Shown here one piece after another: positions 26,465 through 37,616 of a stretch of DNA of 64,000 nucleotides. Origin of the DNA: Zancudomyces culisetae HAW-14-8. Lineage: Eukaryota; Fungi; Kickxellomycota. The stretch spans positions 1,054,001 to 1,118,000 of the forward strand of contig JBNJNM010000010.1 in assembly GCA_052426225.1 (NCBI GenBank), written 5' to 3'. The first letter of the stretch is position 1. Each line of letters starts with the position of its first letter. A model generated the notes under the pieces. The model did not search any database. It was given only the letters and a program-made list of their open reading frames with translations, and was not told where the DNA came from. The position numbers and the translations under genes were made by a program.

Positions 26465-26890
26465 TGTCGTATGAAAAATTGTATATTGTATAAAAATATT
26501 GAGTGTATTACAGTACGACGAAGCTGTAATCACTATTACTTAATGTTTAAAATTGGTCCAGGACCTTCCTAAAATAACAAGTTAACTGTAGTTAAGAATC
26601 TTTTATTTAGTTATCGTTGGTATAATAAACGCTAGAAGAAAGAGTATAAAATCCCGAACAAGGTATCCTTAGACCTTGTCGTCGCTATTTAAGTAGTTTG
26701 TTATATAAAGTATTATAAAATCCTAATAGTAATAAAGTAAACCATTGTCTGATTGTTGCTGCACAAAGGAAAACCACAATGGTGAAAACAGATGTGCAAG
26801 CATCTGCAACAATCAGACAATCAGTATGAATAATAGAGATTTACAGTAGATTAACCTACTATACATTATCATCTATATATTCATACGACA
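26465..26890. repeat. Solo LTR with perfect 11-bp terminal IR
   Basis: TGTCGTATGAA/TTCATACGACA; flanks TTAT/TTGT. Confidence 0.85.
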
Positions 26891-26891
26891 T

Positions 26892-27156
26892 TGTTGTATG
26901 CAAAATAGAATGTTTGCATACTATTGGTTAATTTTATAGTTAGTAATTTTATTAGTAATTCTAGTAAAATTTAGTATTTAAGAAGTTATTATTTTGAATC
27001 TTAAATAAATTGTCAAATTTTGACCCATATAAATGTTCCGGTTCCATTTATATGTATGACTAGAAAGTGGTAACTAGTTAAAAGGGTTAAACCCAGTCTA
27101 GTGAAACCACCCCTCTAGTAGAACCAGTTAGAATTCACTTTTAATTGAATTTAACA
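26892..27156. repeat. Probable solo LTR
   Basis: TG...CA unit wedged between two clear LTRs; start is 26892 or 26895. Confidence 0.55.
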
Positions 27157-27158
27157 TT

Positions 27159-27848
27159 TGTTGTATGCTTAGTTCTATCCAAGCTAAACTATTGGATGAA
27201 CAGCATACAGCTTCTCAAACACCGAATAACCACCGTTATCTCGGGTGTTCGAGCTAGTAATCTGGGATTACTAGGGTGAAATTATCACCCAAAAAGTGAG
27301 TCAATATTAAGTTTTGATTATTTTATTTTAAGTTTCTATTATATAAAGTTCTAATAAAATAGCTAGTCAGGTACTAGTATATTACTAGTAACCTCACCAC
27401 AAGTTTGGTGGTTTTATCTTTTTATTTTTAAAAGTTATTCATTAAATAAAATACAAATTAGCTCTAAAATACTTGATTTTACTCTATAAAATTGAAATTT
27501 GTGATTTGAGCAAAAACCTACCTAAAACCAAAAAAAAAACATAGGTAGTGAAGCGTAACACAATTTTCAAAGGGTATCAGAAAGGTATCAGAGTCTAATT
27601 TTTGGACCAAAATTAATTGTTTTGCACACCAAATTTTAGGAGTTGGGCGTAATTTTACCCAGTTTTATCGCATTTATTGAAGTAATAAATACATAAAACT
27701 AAATTAAATATAAGCTAAAAAGGTAGGGTTGACTGGTTAAATAAAGTAAAACTTATTCCAGTAACAATCCCCCTCTATTAGCAGAACTTTTTGTAGGTTT
27801 AGTTGCGAAAATTTTCTGAGAAATTTTCTGCAAACTAAAATTACAACA
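27159..27848 (+). repeat. Solo LTR of family E (690 bp), 8 bp upstream of tRNA-Leu
   Basis: Reverse complement of 42323-43012; perfect TSD CATT (27155-27158, 27849-27852). Confidence 0.95.
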
Positions 27849-27856
27849 CATTATAT

Positions 27857-27939
27857 GGTTAGATGGCCGAGTTGGTCTAAGGCGCCGCGTTAAGGCCGCG
27901 GTCTCTCCGGAGGCGTGGGTTCGAATCCCACTCTAATCA
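27857..27939 (+). tRNA. tRNA-Leu(AAG)
   Basis: Acceptor GGTTAGA/TCTAATC, anticodon arm CCGCG-TTAAGGC-CGCGG, long variable arm, GGTTCGAATCC. Confidence 0.97.
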
Positions 27940-27942
27940 ATT

Positions 27943-28015
27943 GGGGAACTAGCTCAAATGGTAGAGCGCTCGCTTAGCATGCGAGAGGTACGGGGATCGA
28001 TACCCCGGTTCTCCA
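27943..28015 (+). tRNA. tRNA-Ala(AGC)
   Basis: Acceptor GGGGAAC/GTTCTCC, arm CTCGC-TTAGCAT-GCGAG, eukaryotic Ala-type T loop GGATCGATAC; T4 run at 28019-28022. Confidence 0.97.
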
Positions 28016-28343
28016 CACTTTTAATGATCTAGCATATTAATTTACATATTTTATATTATTTCAAATTTATCTACTTTGAATTTTTAATGTTAAATGTATT
28101 TTTATTCATTATGATCTGAAACTTTTTTAATAACAGTAAATTTTTTATAATAGTTATTTTTAAATCACTTACATGTTTTTTTGTTTCATAAAATATTCCA
28201 TTATATATATATTACATATTAAATTGTAGTAATATATTTTTTATATTATAATTATTTATAATCATTATTAATTTTTAGCTGAATCATAAATATTCTTATG
28301 TTTAATTATAATATTGATATAGACGAATAATATTATTTCATAG

Positions 28344-30121
28344 TGTCAAGTCTTGACACTATGTACTATTAGTTTACTTGACTATGATTTATATGAATAT
28401 ATTATTATGAAAAGAAAGTTTGTTATTGCTAATGTTTCCTAAAGCAATATAATCCTTGTGCTTATATAGTTATACAAGTTTTAATAATACTTGATAATCA
28501 TACTAAAAACTTACTAAAATATAAACTTAATTACTAATTAAATTAATGTCAAATCCACAGTTAACATTTTACATATATTGGTATTACCCCAACTTTTAAA
28601 AAAATTTAATTCTTACTCCATAACTATTAATAAGAGTAAGATTTAAAGCGGAGAAAATGTAAATAAAATTAACTTATGCTATTTTTTAATAACATGTTAA
28701 AAATGGTAATAATGTCATGAATAGATCATGAAATCACACCCCGCTAATGCCTACTCAAAGACCTGGTTTACTTGGATAATGGTTGTGGAAGTCTGCTACA
28801 ACTTCAGGGGTGTGGACATCTGATGCGTCTTCCCATGTTTATCTTTAGGTGCGTATCCTTTCCAGTCAATCAGTTACTTCAATTTACCTTTGGGTATTTT
28901 AGAGTCGAGTATGGCTGATACTTCAAACTATTCTTGGATATCAATGATAACAAGTGGAGGTGGTAGTTCTTGGATACGATTAAACATTTCAGTGGTCTTG
29001 TATGGTTTCAGAAGTGATACATGAAATACATGATGTATTCTCATGTTTGCAGGAAGTTTGAGATTTGCAGCTACTGGGTTAACCATCATAATGATTTCAA
29101 ATGGTCCGATGTATTTGAAATCCAGTTTTTGAGATGGTCGCATGGTTTTAAGATTGGGTTGAGTCAACCAAACCTTATCTCCTGGAGTGAGAACAACTTG
29201 AGGGTTTTTTTTGCGATCAGCAAACCTCTTGTAATTATCCTTTGCCTTACTTAGATGTAGTTTTAACTCAGTTGAATAGTTTGTAGATGACTAGCAAACT
29301 CCTGAGTATTTGGTACATTGGAATCATTGAGGTTGCTAATAATAAACTGGGGATCATACCCATAATTAGCATGAAATGGACTAACCTTGGTACTAGCGTG
29401 AGTTGCATTGTTCTAAGCAAACTCAGCCATCGGAAGCAACTGACACCATTATCTTGTTGGTAGTTAACAAAACACCTCAAATATTGTTCAAGAATTTGAT
29501 TGATGCGTTCTGTCTGACCATCAGATTGTGGGTGGTATGCAGTAGAGTGTTGAAGTTTGATGTTTAGAAGTCGAGAGAGTTCGGTCCAAAACTTGGATAC
29601 AAACTGTGGACCACGATCAGATATAATGCTACTTGGAAGTCCATGTAGTTTAAATACATGATCCATAAAACAAGAAGCAGTAACAGAAGCAGATGGTGTA
29701 CTTTTGAGTGGAATGAAGTGAGCCATCTTTGTGAGGCAATCCACAACAACCAGTACAACAGTGTTGCCCTGTGAACGTGGTAGTTCCACAATGAAATCCA
29801 TTGATACTGATTCCCAAGGACGATTGGGAGTATTCAATGGCATCAGAAGTCCTGATGGCTTAGTAGAGATGTGTTTTGCTCGGTTGCAGGTATCGCAAGA
29901 GTCAATGTAGTCTCTTATTGTGGCTTTCATGTTTGGCCACCAGAACTGACGTGAAACCAAGGACATGGTTTTAGCGTGACCAAAATGACCAGCTGGCAGT
30001 GAGTCATGACACATGGCAAGAACTTGAAGACGCAGTGATTCAGGAACAAACATCCTATCATTGTACAATAAGATATTATCAGAACAGGAGACTTTTGAGT
30101 TGTTTAGAAGTTCTTGTGCTT
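28344..30121 (-). mobile_element. 3' part of chromovirus G (IN, chromodomain remnant, 3' LTR 28344-28733)
   Basis: Translations identical to 35020-36158, including the same lesions. Confidence 0.93.
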
Positions 30122-30532
30122 TGTTAAGTATATTGATTTTTTTTTATAATACAGTATAATATAGAGATATATCAACTTCTAAATAATGAAGAGGATATTT
30201 TCACTGCCTTTTCCATCGACGTTTTCGTCGAGGTTTAAATACTTGAATAGGATAGTGAAATATATTAACTATAATGTTCTAGAAATCTTAATACTTTCAG
30301 TGAAGTTTCAGAATGTATGATTCAAATCCTGTTTGTTCGCAGTATGTAAATTTTTTTTGTAAATTATTTATAGATTGTAACGTGGCATTAATCACGTTAG
30401 CATGATGTGATGTTATTTTATAATTCAACGTTGCATGTTCACGTTACAATTATGTTAGTAACAAATTAATTTTATAAATTTAAATAATTCTAGGTAATTA
30501 TAAAATTTAAGCTATTTGGATAATTCATAACA
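30122..30532. repeat. Solo LTR
   Basis: TGTTAAG...CATAACA; homolog of 19460-19854; marks the end of the inverted arm. Confidence 0.7.
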
Positions 30533-30539
30533 TTTGTGA

Positions 30540-30978
30540 CCTCGATAACATTGATGCGTTTTTTTCTTTCTGTCGGATCATACTTAGAAATGTCAACGCG
30601 CTTAGGGCAATGTGTACTTATGTGGCATTCCATGTTTCAATTGTAAGATACTACCTTTGTTACTGATTCATAACTGTTGTTGGTGTTGTTTTATTTGCTA
30701 GTGAGCTGCTTTGTGTTGGATATGTTTGGGTTATTTGTTCCATTGTTGAATTTGTTGTTTGTGACCTTTTGTGTATTTTGATTCTCTTTAAATAAAGATC
30801 TTGGTTCTCTTTGAATGTCTTTTAAACATACTAAGTCATACTTCATTTTATCAAGAGCAAAGTTAACTGCAATTATGTACGATGTAGTTCCGTTCCTAAG
30901 TATTTTTTCTTGATACTTGGGCATCAATGAACTCTTAAGGCAAATGTTCCTTATCTGATTGTCGACTGTGTTGGTTAC
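30540..30978 (-). pseudogene. gag remnant with decayed zinc knuckle
   Basis: SYN*NMECHISTHCPK near 30601-30650 following ORF 30691-30984. Confidence 0.55.
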
Positions 30979-31363
30979 TGTCATGATCCATACATGACAT
31001 TATTGGATTTTTAATAACATATTAAAAATAGCAAATGTTAAATTTATTAACATTTTCGTCGCTTTAATTCTTACTCCATAATCAATAATTTAAAGAGTAA
31101 AAATTAATAATTTTTAATAATTTTGTTTTACCCCAAATTATTGTATGTTTACTATGGAGTTGGCATTTACTATAAATTAGTTAAAGTTAAAGTTTTCGTA
31201 TAGTTTATATTATGTTTTACAATTAATTTTGTATATTGTAAAACTATATAAGAACAAGGATTTTATTGCTTTAGGAAACTTTAGCAATAAAATACTTTTC
31301 ATCTCGTAGTATTTTATTAAATAAATCATAGCCAAGTAAACATATAGTACTTAGTGTCAAGTC

Positions 31364-32266
31364 GTGACATTATTTTATGCTCTTACACTATCTACTATTA
31401 TGTCTAAATACCGTGAATTAAAAGCCGAATACCAAAGGCCTAAAGATGAATTCGAAATGTTAAAAGCAAATCAACCAGCGAAACCAGCGCCGCCAGTTCA
31501 ACCAGCACAAGTACCAGTCCAGTCTTCCGCTGCCCGTATAGCCTTACCAGAAAGGTATGACGGAGATCGCAGCAACTTCCGTGGTTTTGTAAACCAATGC
31601 CGTCTACTGTTCTTCACCCATCCAGACCACTACCCGTCCGCCACCAACAAGGTTGGTCTTGTTATGTCCCTTCTCACAGGGAATGCGCTCCGTTGGGCTA
31701 GCCCTTACATTGAAAAGGGTAGCCCTGTGCTCCAGGATTACGAACTCTTTATGAAAGAGTTCGCCAAGGTGTTTGATGACCCTCAACGGTCTCAAACAGC
31801 CAATGATGCTATCAGGGCATTGAAACAGGGCACCTCACCTGTCTCAATGTATGCATCAGAGTTCCGTCGTTTAATGATGGATCGCGACTGGAACGAGTCA
31901 GCTCTCGTATCCCAGTTTGTCGAGGGTCTGAGCGAAGCCGTGCTCGACACCCTTGCGCTATTCCAAACTCCTGATGATTTGGAAGGTTACATCAATGCTG
32001 CAATTCTCATTGATGCCAGGTTAACCAGGCGCAAGGAAGACAAGGCTAGAAGAAAGAGAGGCATTCAGCCTTATGTTCAGCCCACCAGTTTTCAGATAGA
32101 ACCTATGCAGGTGGATTCCGTTCAGCGTGTCGTCTCTCCAACCGTGAGAGAACGTCGAATGAAACTTGGAATCTGCTATTACTGCGGCGGAAAAGGCCAC
32201 CAAGTTACCACCTGTCTTGAAAAGCTTAAGAAAGCTAAGCAGGGAAACCACCGGGTTCAGGCTTAA
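31364..32266 (+). CDS. Chromovirus Gag (true start probably the internal MSKYREL)
   Basis: LPERYDGDR, EPMQVD, CYYCGGKGHQVTTC; close homolog of 54575-55432. Confidence 0.85.
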   Translation: MTLFYALTLSTIMSKYRELKAEYQRPKDEFEMLKANQPAKPAPPVQPAQVPVQSSAARIALPERYDGDRSNFRGFVNQCRLLFFTHPDHYPSATNKVGLVMSLLTGNALRWASPYIEKGSPVLQDYELFMKEFAKVFDDPQRSQTANDAIRALKQGTSPVSMYASEFRRLMMDRDWNESALVSQFVEGLSEAVLDTLALFQTPDDLEGYINAAILIDARLTRRKEDKARRKRGIQPYVQPTSFQIEPMQVDSVQRVVSPTVRERRMKLGICYYCGGKGHQVTTCLEKLKKAKQGNHRVQA

Positions 32267-35200
32267 TTGGCAAGCCAATCCTGAACCAAACCATCCCAAC
32301 CAAATACTTCCCCCGTTCCAGATCCTTTGTCCATCAAGTCAGCAGTATCGAGACGTCTACAACCCCCATCGTTTTCTTGTCACTGTTTCTTTACTACTCC
32401 CAAGTAACGTAAAGTTGCAAATCGTCGCCATGGTAGATTCAGGTGCTTCTGGTTAGTTCATAAACCAAGGTTTTGTATCTAACCATTCCATTCCATCCGT
32501 TTCCAAAACAACTCCAATACCTGTGGAGTTTGTAGATGGTACTCCAATGTCTGCCGGTCCAATCACACACCAAACTGTTCCGCTCAAGATCAAGATTGGA
32601 GTTCACCAAGAAGTAGCCACGTTTGAAATCATAAACTCTTACCATGTTGACATGATTTTAGGACTTCCGTCGCTTGAACTCCATGAACCCACTATCAATT
32701 GGAAGAAGAGATTAATTCATTTTGATAATGCATATTGCCAAAAACACTGCAACATCAAAAGGTTCTCTCCTCAAAAATCCAATCCAACGATTATCAAGAC
32801 TAATACCTCAGTCATGTCAAGACAAGCACCAGGACCAGGACCAGGACCAGCACTAATTAGCCAGAATAACCATAGCCAAGAAACCCAAAGTCAGGAAACT
32901 AACAACCAGGAAAACCTTGTTAAAAATAACCACAGTCAGACTATCCATTGCCAAAGTAACCACAGTCAGGAAAATTTAAACCACGAGACTAACCACAGCC
33001 AGGAAAACCATAGCCAGGAAAACTTAAACCAGGATACCATAACCAAGTACACAACCAAGAAGTCATCGAGTCAGTTCAGGATCAAGAATCCACCTCATAT
33101 TCTGAAAATGATGATAAAATTTCTGGTCCAGAATATGAAACAGATTTAGATTATGAACTTGAAGCAGTGTATTCGTTGGATTCTGAGCTGTACTACTCTC
33201 CAAGTTCCGATATCAGCGACATCTCACTCCAAAGTGCCGACTCTGAAAATAGTATTAAGAGTGCTGATATGGAAATTTTTGAAGAGTTACTCCCGATGAC
33301 TCCACCACCAGCTGATCCGGTTGTACCAATTCGCAAACGTTCTTGTGATATTGAGTTCCAACAAAAACTGCCTATCAAAAAGTTAAAACACTCTGTTTTA
33401 CATTTGATAGGCATGATAAACCAAGCCAAACCAATTTCACTACCTCCTGATTCCTTAACTATTACTATTCCAAGTAAATATCAAGACCTCAGCCAAGCTT
33501 TTGACAAACAAAAGGCCGATACTCTACCTTCCCATCGCCCTTATGACTGCTCAATTGATCTGTTACCCAATGCCGCCTTACCATATGGACCAATTTATCC
33601 ACTTGCACCAAAGGAGCGAACAGCGCTTAAAGAGTACATCGATGAAAACCTTGCAAAAGGCTTCATTGTTCGCTCGAAATCACCTGCTGGAGCCCCTGTA
33701 TTCTTTATAGGTAAAAAAGATGGCTCTTTAAGACTAGCTGTGGACTACAGGGCTCTAAACAAAGTCGTTAAACGTAACCGGTATCCATTACCGTTGATGA
33801 CTGAGCTACTGGAACGAGTCCAATCTGCTAAAATCTTCACCAAACTTGATCTGCGTGGCGCGTACAATCTGGTACGCATAAGGAAAGGTGATGAGGAAAA
33901 AACCGCTTTCAGAACACAGTATGGTCAGTTTGAGTACAAAGTTATGCCATTCGGCCTGACTAATGCTCCTGGAACCTTTCAATCATTTGTCAATGATGTT
34001 TTTCGTGAAATCCTAGACGTCTATGTTGTCATATACCTTGATGACATTCTGGTATTTTCTGCAACACCTGAAGAACATACTATCCATGTTCGTACTGTTT
34101 TAGAAAGACTGATTACTCACAAACTCTACGTCAAACTTGAAAAGTGTGAGTTTGACCAAGAAAGAGTAGAGTTTTTAGGCTTCATAATCACACCTGCAGG
34201 CCTAGTCATGGATCCGTCTCGAGTATCTGCAATATTGGATTGGGATACACCAAAATCAGTCAAGGACATCCAATCCTTCCTTGAATTTGTTAACTTTTAT
34301 CGCCGTTTTATCCAAGACTTCTCACGTATTGTAACTCCGATTACCTCCTTACTCAAGAAAAATGCCCAGTTTATCTGGGGCTCAGCTCAACAATCTGCGT
34401 TTGATACTCTCAAGGAACAATGTACCACAGCTCCCGTTCTCTCACATCCTGATCCAAAAACTCAGTTTCTCCTCGAATGTGATGCATCCAACTTTGCTCT
34501 AGGAGCTGTGTTATCTCAGAAAATCAATGGTGAAACTCATCCTGTAGCTTTCTATTCCCGAACGCTGAATCCTGCTGAAAGAAACTACCATATCTATGAC
34601 AAGGAACTTCTAGCCATCAAATGTGCCCTCGAACAGTGGCGACATCATCTAGAAGGTGCCACTCATCCGGTTTTGGTCATCACCGACCACAAGAATCTTG
34701 AGTATTTCCGCTCCGCCAAGATTCTAAATCAGCGTCAAGCAAGATGGGCTCTGTTCCTAACCCGGTTTGATATCGAGCTTACTTACCGTCCAGGATCACA
34801 AAACGGTAAAGCAGATGCTCTATCTAGGAAGGATGAGCATAAGAAGGGGGTGAATCTTGAAGATAGACCTATCTGGCAACCCAAGTTTGTAATTGCAGCT
34901 ATTGACACCAGCCAGACTAGTGATATCATTCCTCAAATCAAAGCAATTACTGAATCTGATACTCAAGCTCAAGAACTTCTAAACAACTCAAAAGTCTCCT
35001 GTTCTGATAATATCTTATTGTACAATGATAGGATGTTTGTTCCTGAATCACTGCGTCTTCAAGTTCTTGCCATGTGTCATGACTCACTGCCAGCTGGTCA
35101 TTTTGGTCACGCTAAAACCATGTCCTTGGTTTCACGTCAGTTCTGGTGGCCAAACATGAAAGCCACAATAAGAGACTACATTGACTCTTGCGATACCTGC

Positions 35201-36330
35201 AACCGAGCAAAACACATCTCTACTAAGCCATCAGGACTTCTGATGCCATTGAATACTCCCAATCGTCCTTGGGAATCAGTATCAATGGATTTCATTGTGG
35301 AACTACCACGTTCACAGGGCAACACTGTTGTACTGGTTGTTGTGGATTGCCTCACAAAGATGGCTCACTTCATTCCACTCAAAAGTACACCATCTGCTTC
35401 TGTTACTGCTTCTTGTTTTATGGATCATGTATTTAAACTACATGGACTTCCAAGTAGCATTATATCTGATCGTGGTCCACAGTTTGTATCCAAGTTTTGG
35501 ACCGAACTCTCTCGACTTCTAAACATCAAACTTCAACACTCTACTGCATACCACCCACAATCTGATGGTCAGACAGAACGCATCAATCAAATTCTTGAAC
35601 AATATTTGAGGTGTTTTGTTAACTACCAACAAGATAATGGTGTCAGTTGCTTCCGATGGCTGAGTTTGCTTAGAACAATGCAACTCACGCTAGTACCAAG
35701 GTTAGTCCATTTCATGCTAATTATGGGTATGATCCCCAGTTTATTATTAGCAACCTCAATGATTCCAATGTACCAAATACTCAGGAGTTTGCTAGTCATC
35801 TACAAACTATTCAACTGAGTTAAAACTACATCTAAGTAAGGCAAAGGATAATTACAAGAGGTTTGCTGATCGCAAAAAAAACCCTCAAGTTGTTCTCACT
35901 CCAGGAGATAAGGTTTGGTTGACTCAACCCAATCTTAAAACCATGCGACCATCTCAAAAACTGGATTTCAAATACATCGGACCATTTGAAATCATTATGA
36001 TGGTTAACCCAGTAGCTGCAAATCTCAAACTTCCTGCAAACATGAGAATACATCATGTATTTCATGTATCACTTCTGAAACCATACAAGACCACTGAAAT
36101 GTTTAATCGTATCCAAGAACTACCACCTCCACTTGTTATCATTGATATCCAAGAATAGTTTGAAGTATCAGCCATACTCGACTCTAAAATACCCAAAGGT
36201 AAATTGAAGTAACTGATTGACTGGAAAGGATACGCACCTAAAGATAAACATGGGAAGACGCATCAGATGTCCACACCCCTGAAGTTGTAGCAGACTTCCA
36301 CAACCATTATCCAAGTAAACCAGGTCTTTG
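32242..36330 (+). pseudogene. Chromovirus pol, disrupted
   Basis: Fragments 32166-32456, 32523-33149, 33167-35818, 35919-36158. Confidence 0.9.
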
Positions 36331-37070
36331 AGTAGGCATTAGCGGGGTGTGATTTCATGATCTATTCATGACATTATTACCATTTTTAACATGTTATTAA
36401 AAAATAGCATAAGTTAATTTTATTTACATTTTCTCCGCTTTAAATCTTACTCTTATTAATAGTTATGGAGTAAGAATTAAATTTTTTTAAAAGTTGGGGT
36501 AATACCAATATATGTAAAATGTTAACTGTGGATTTGACATTAATTTAATTAGTAATTAAGTTTATATTTTAGTAAGTTTTTAGTATGATTATCAAGTATT
36601 ATTAAAACTTGTATAACTATATAAGCACAAGGATTATATTGCTTTAGGAAACATTAGCAATAACAAACTTTCTTTTCATAATAATATATTCATATAAATC
36701 ATAGTCAAGTAAACTAATAGTACATAGTGTCAAGACTTGACACTATGAAATAATATTATTCGTCTATATCAATATTATAATTAAACATAAGAATATTTAT
36801 GATTCAGCTAAAAATTAATAATGATTATAAATAATTATAATATAAAAAATATATTACTACAATTTAATATGTAATATATATATAATGGAATATTTTATGA
36901 AACAAAAAAACATGTAAGTGATTTAAAAATAACTATTATAAAAAATTTACTGTTATTAAAAAAGTTTCAGATCATAATGAATAAAAATACATTTAACATT
37001 AAAAATTCAAAGTAGATAAATTTGAAATAATATAAAATATGTAAATTAATATGCTAGATCATTAAAAGTG

Positions 37071-37143
37071 TGGAGAACCGGGGTATCGATCCCCGTACCT
37101 CTCGCATGCTAAGCGAGCGCTCTACCATTTGAGCTAGTTCCCC
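37071..37143 (-). tRNA. tRNA-Ala(AGC), duplicate copy
   Basis: Reverse complement of 27943-28015. Confidence 0.97.
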
Positions 37144-37146
37144 AAT

Positions 37147-37229
37147 TGATTAGAGTGGGATTCGAACCCACGCCTCCGGAGAGACCGCGGCCTTAACGCG
37201 GCGCCTTAGACCAACTCGGCCATCTAACC
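37147..37229 (-). tRNA. tRNA-Leu(AAG), duplicate copy
   Basis: Reverse complement of 27857-27939. Confidence 0.97.
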
Positions 37230-37616
37230 ATATAATGTGTGTCGTATAATAAAGAAATTTTATTTATACCTAATGTAAAAACAATATAATTTGTAACTCT
37301 AAGTAAGTATTATCCTTGATAACTAATACCACTTAAAGATTAACTTGTACTGATATATTGTGTGATTAGAATCTAATATTTATTAATGTGAACCACAAAA
37401 TCTGATAGATAAAACTCTCACAAAAACTCTACCAAACCTTAAATAAAAACTAATTACGATTAAAGGGATTCAATTTTCATTGTTTTTCCTTTACGTAATT
37501 TTAGCCAATAAAACCTATCTAAAATAACTTTATAAAATTGAACTAAAAAATATACTAAAATAAACAAAACTAAACTAAAACATAGTACTATTGTACTATA
37601 CGACAGCACTCCCCCT

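Larger units (their letters stand above)
27159..30121. repeat. Left arm of a near-perfect inverted duplication
   Basis: Position i pairs with 65086-i over 27847-30121 vs 34965-37239; the LTR part pairs with 42323-43012. Confidence 0.95.
30979..36742 (+). mobile_element. Chromovirus G, degenerate; LTRs 30979-31369 and 36353-36742
   Basis: gag, PR (VDSGASG then stop), RT IYLDDIL, RH, IN, broken chromodomain; LTRs visibly diverged; no TSD. Confidence 0.93.

Noticed and set aside
24340-27856. CRISPR array
   Set aside because: No constant repeat with short spacers and no cas genes; the units are LTRs in a eukaryotic context, so the resemblance is only an analogy.
36723-36747. 25-bp palindrome spanning the end of G's 3' LTR
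   Set aside because: Mostly the family's TGTCA...TGACA terminal mini-hairpin; the 5-bp extension could be chance or template-switch correction.
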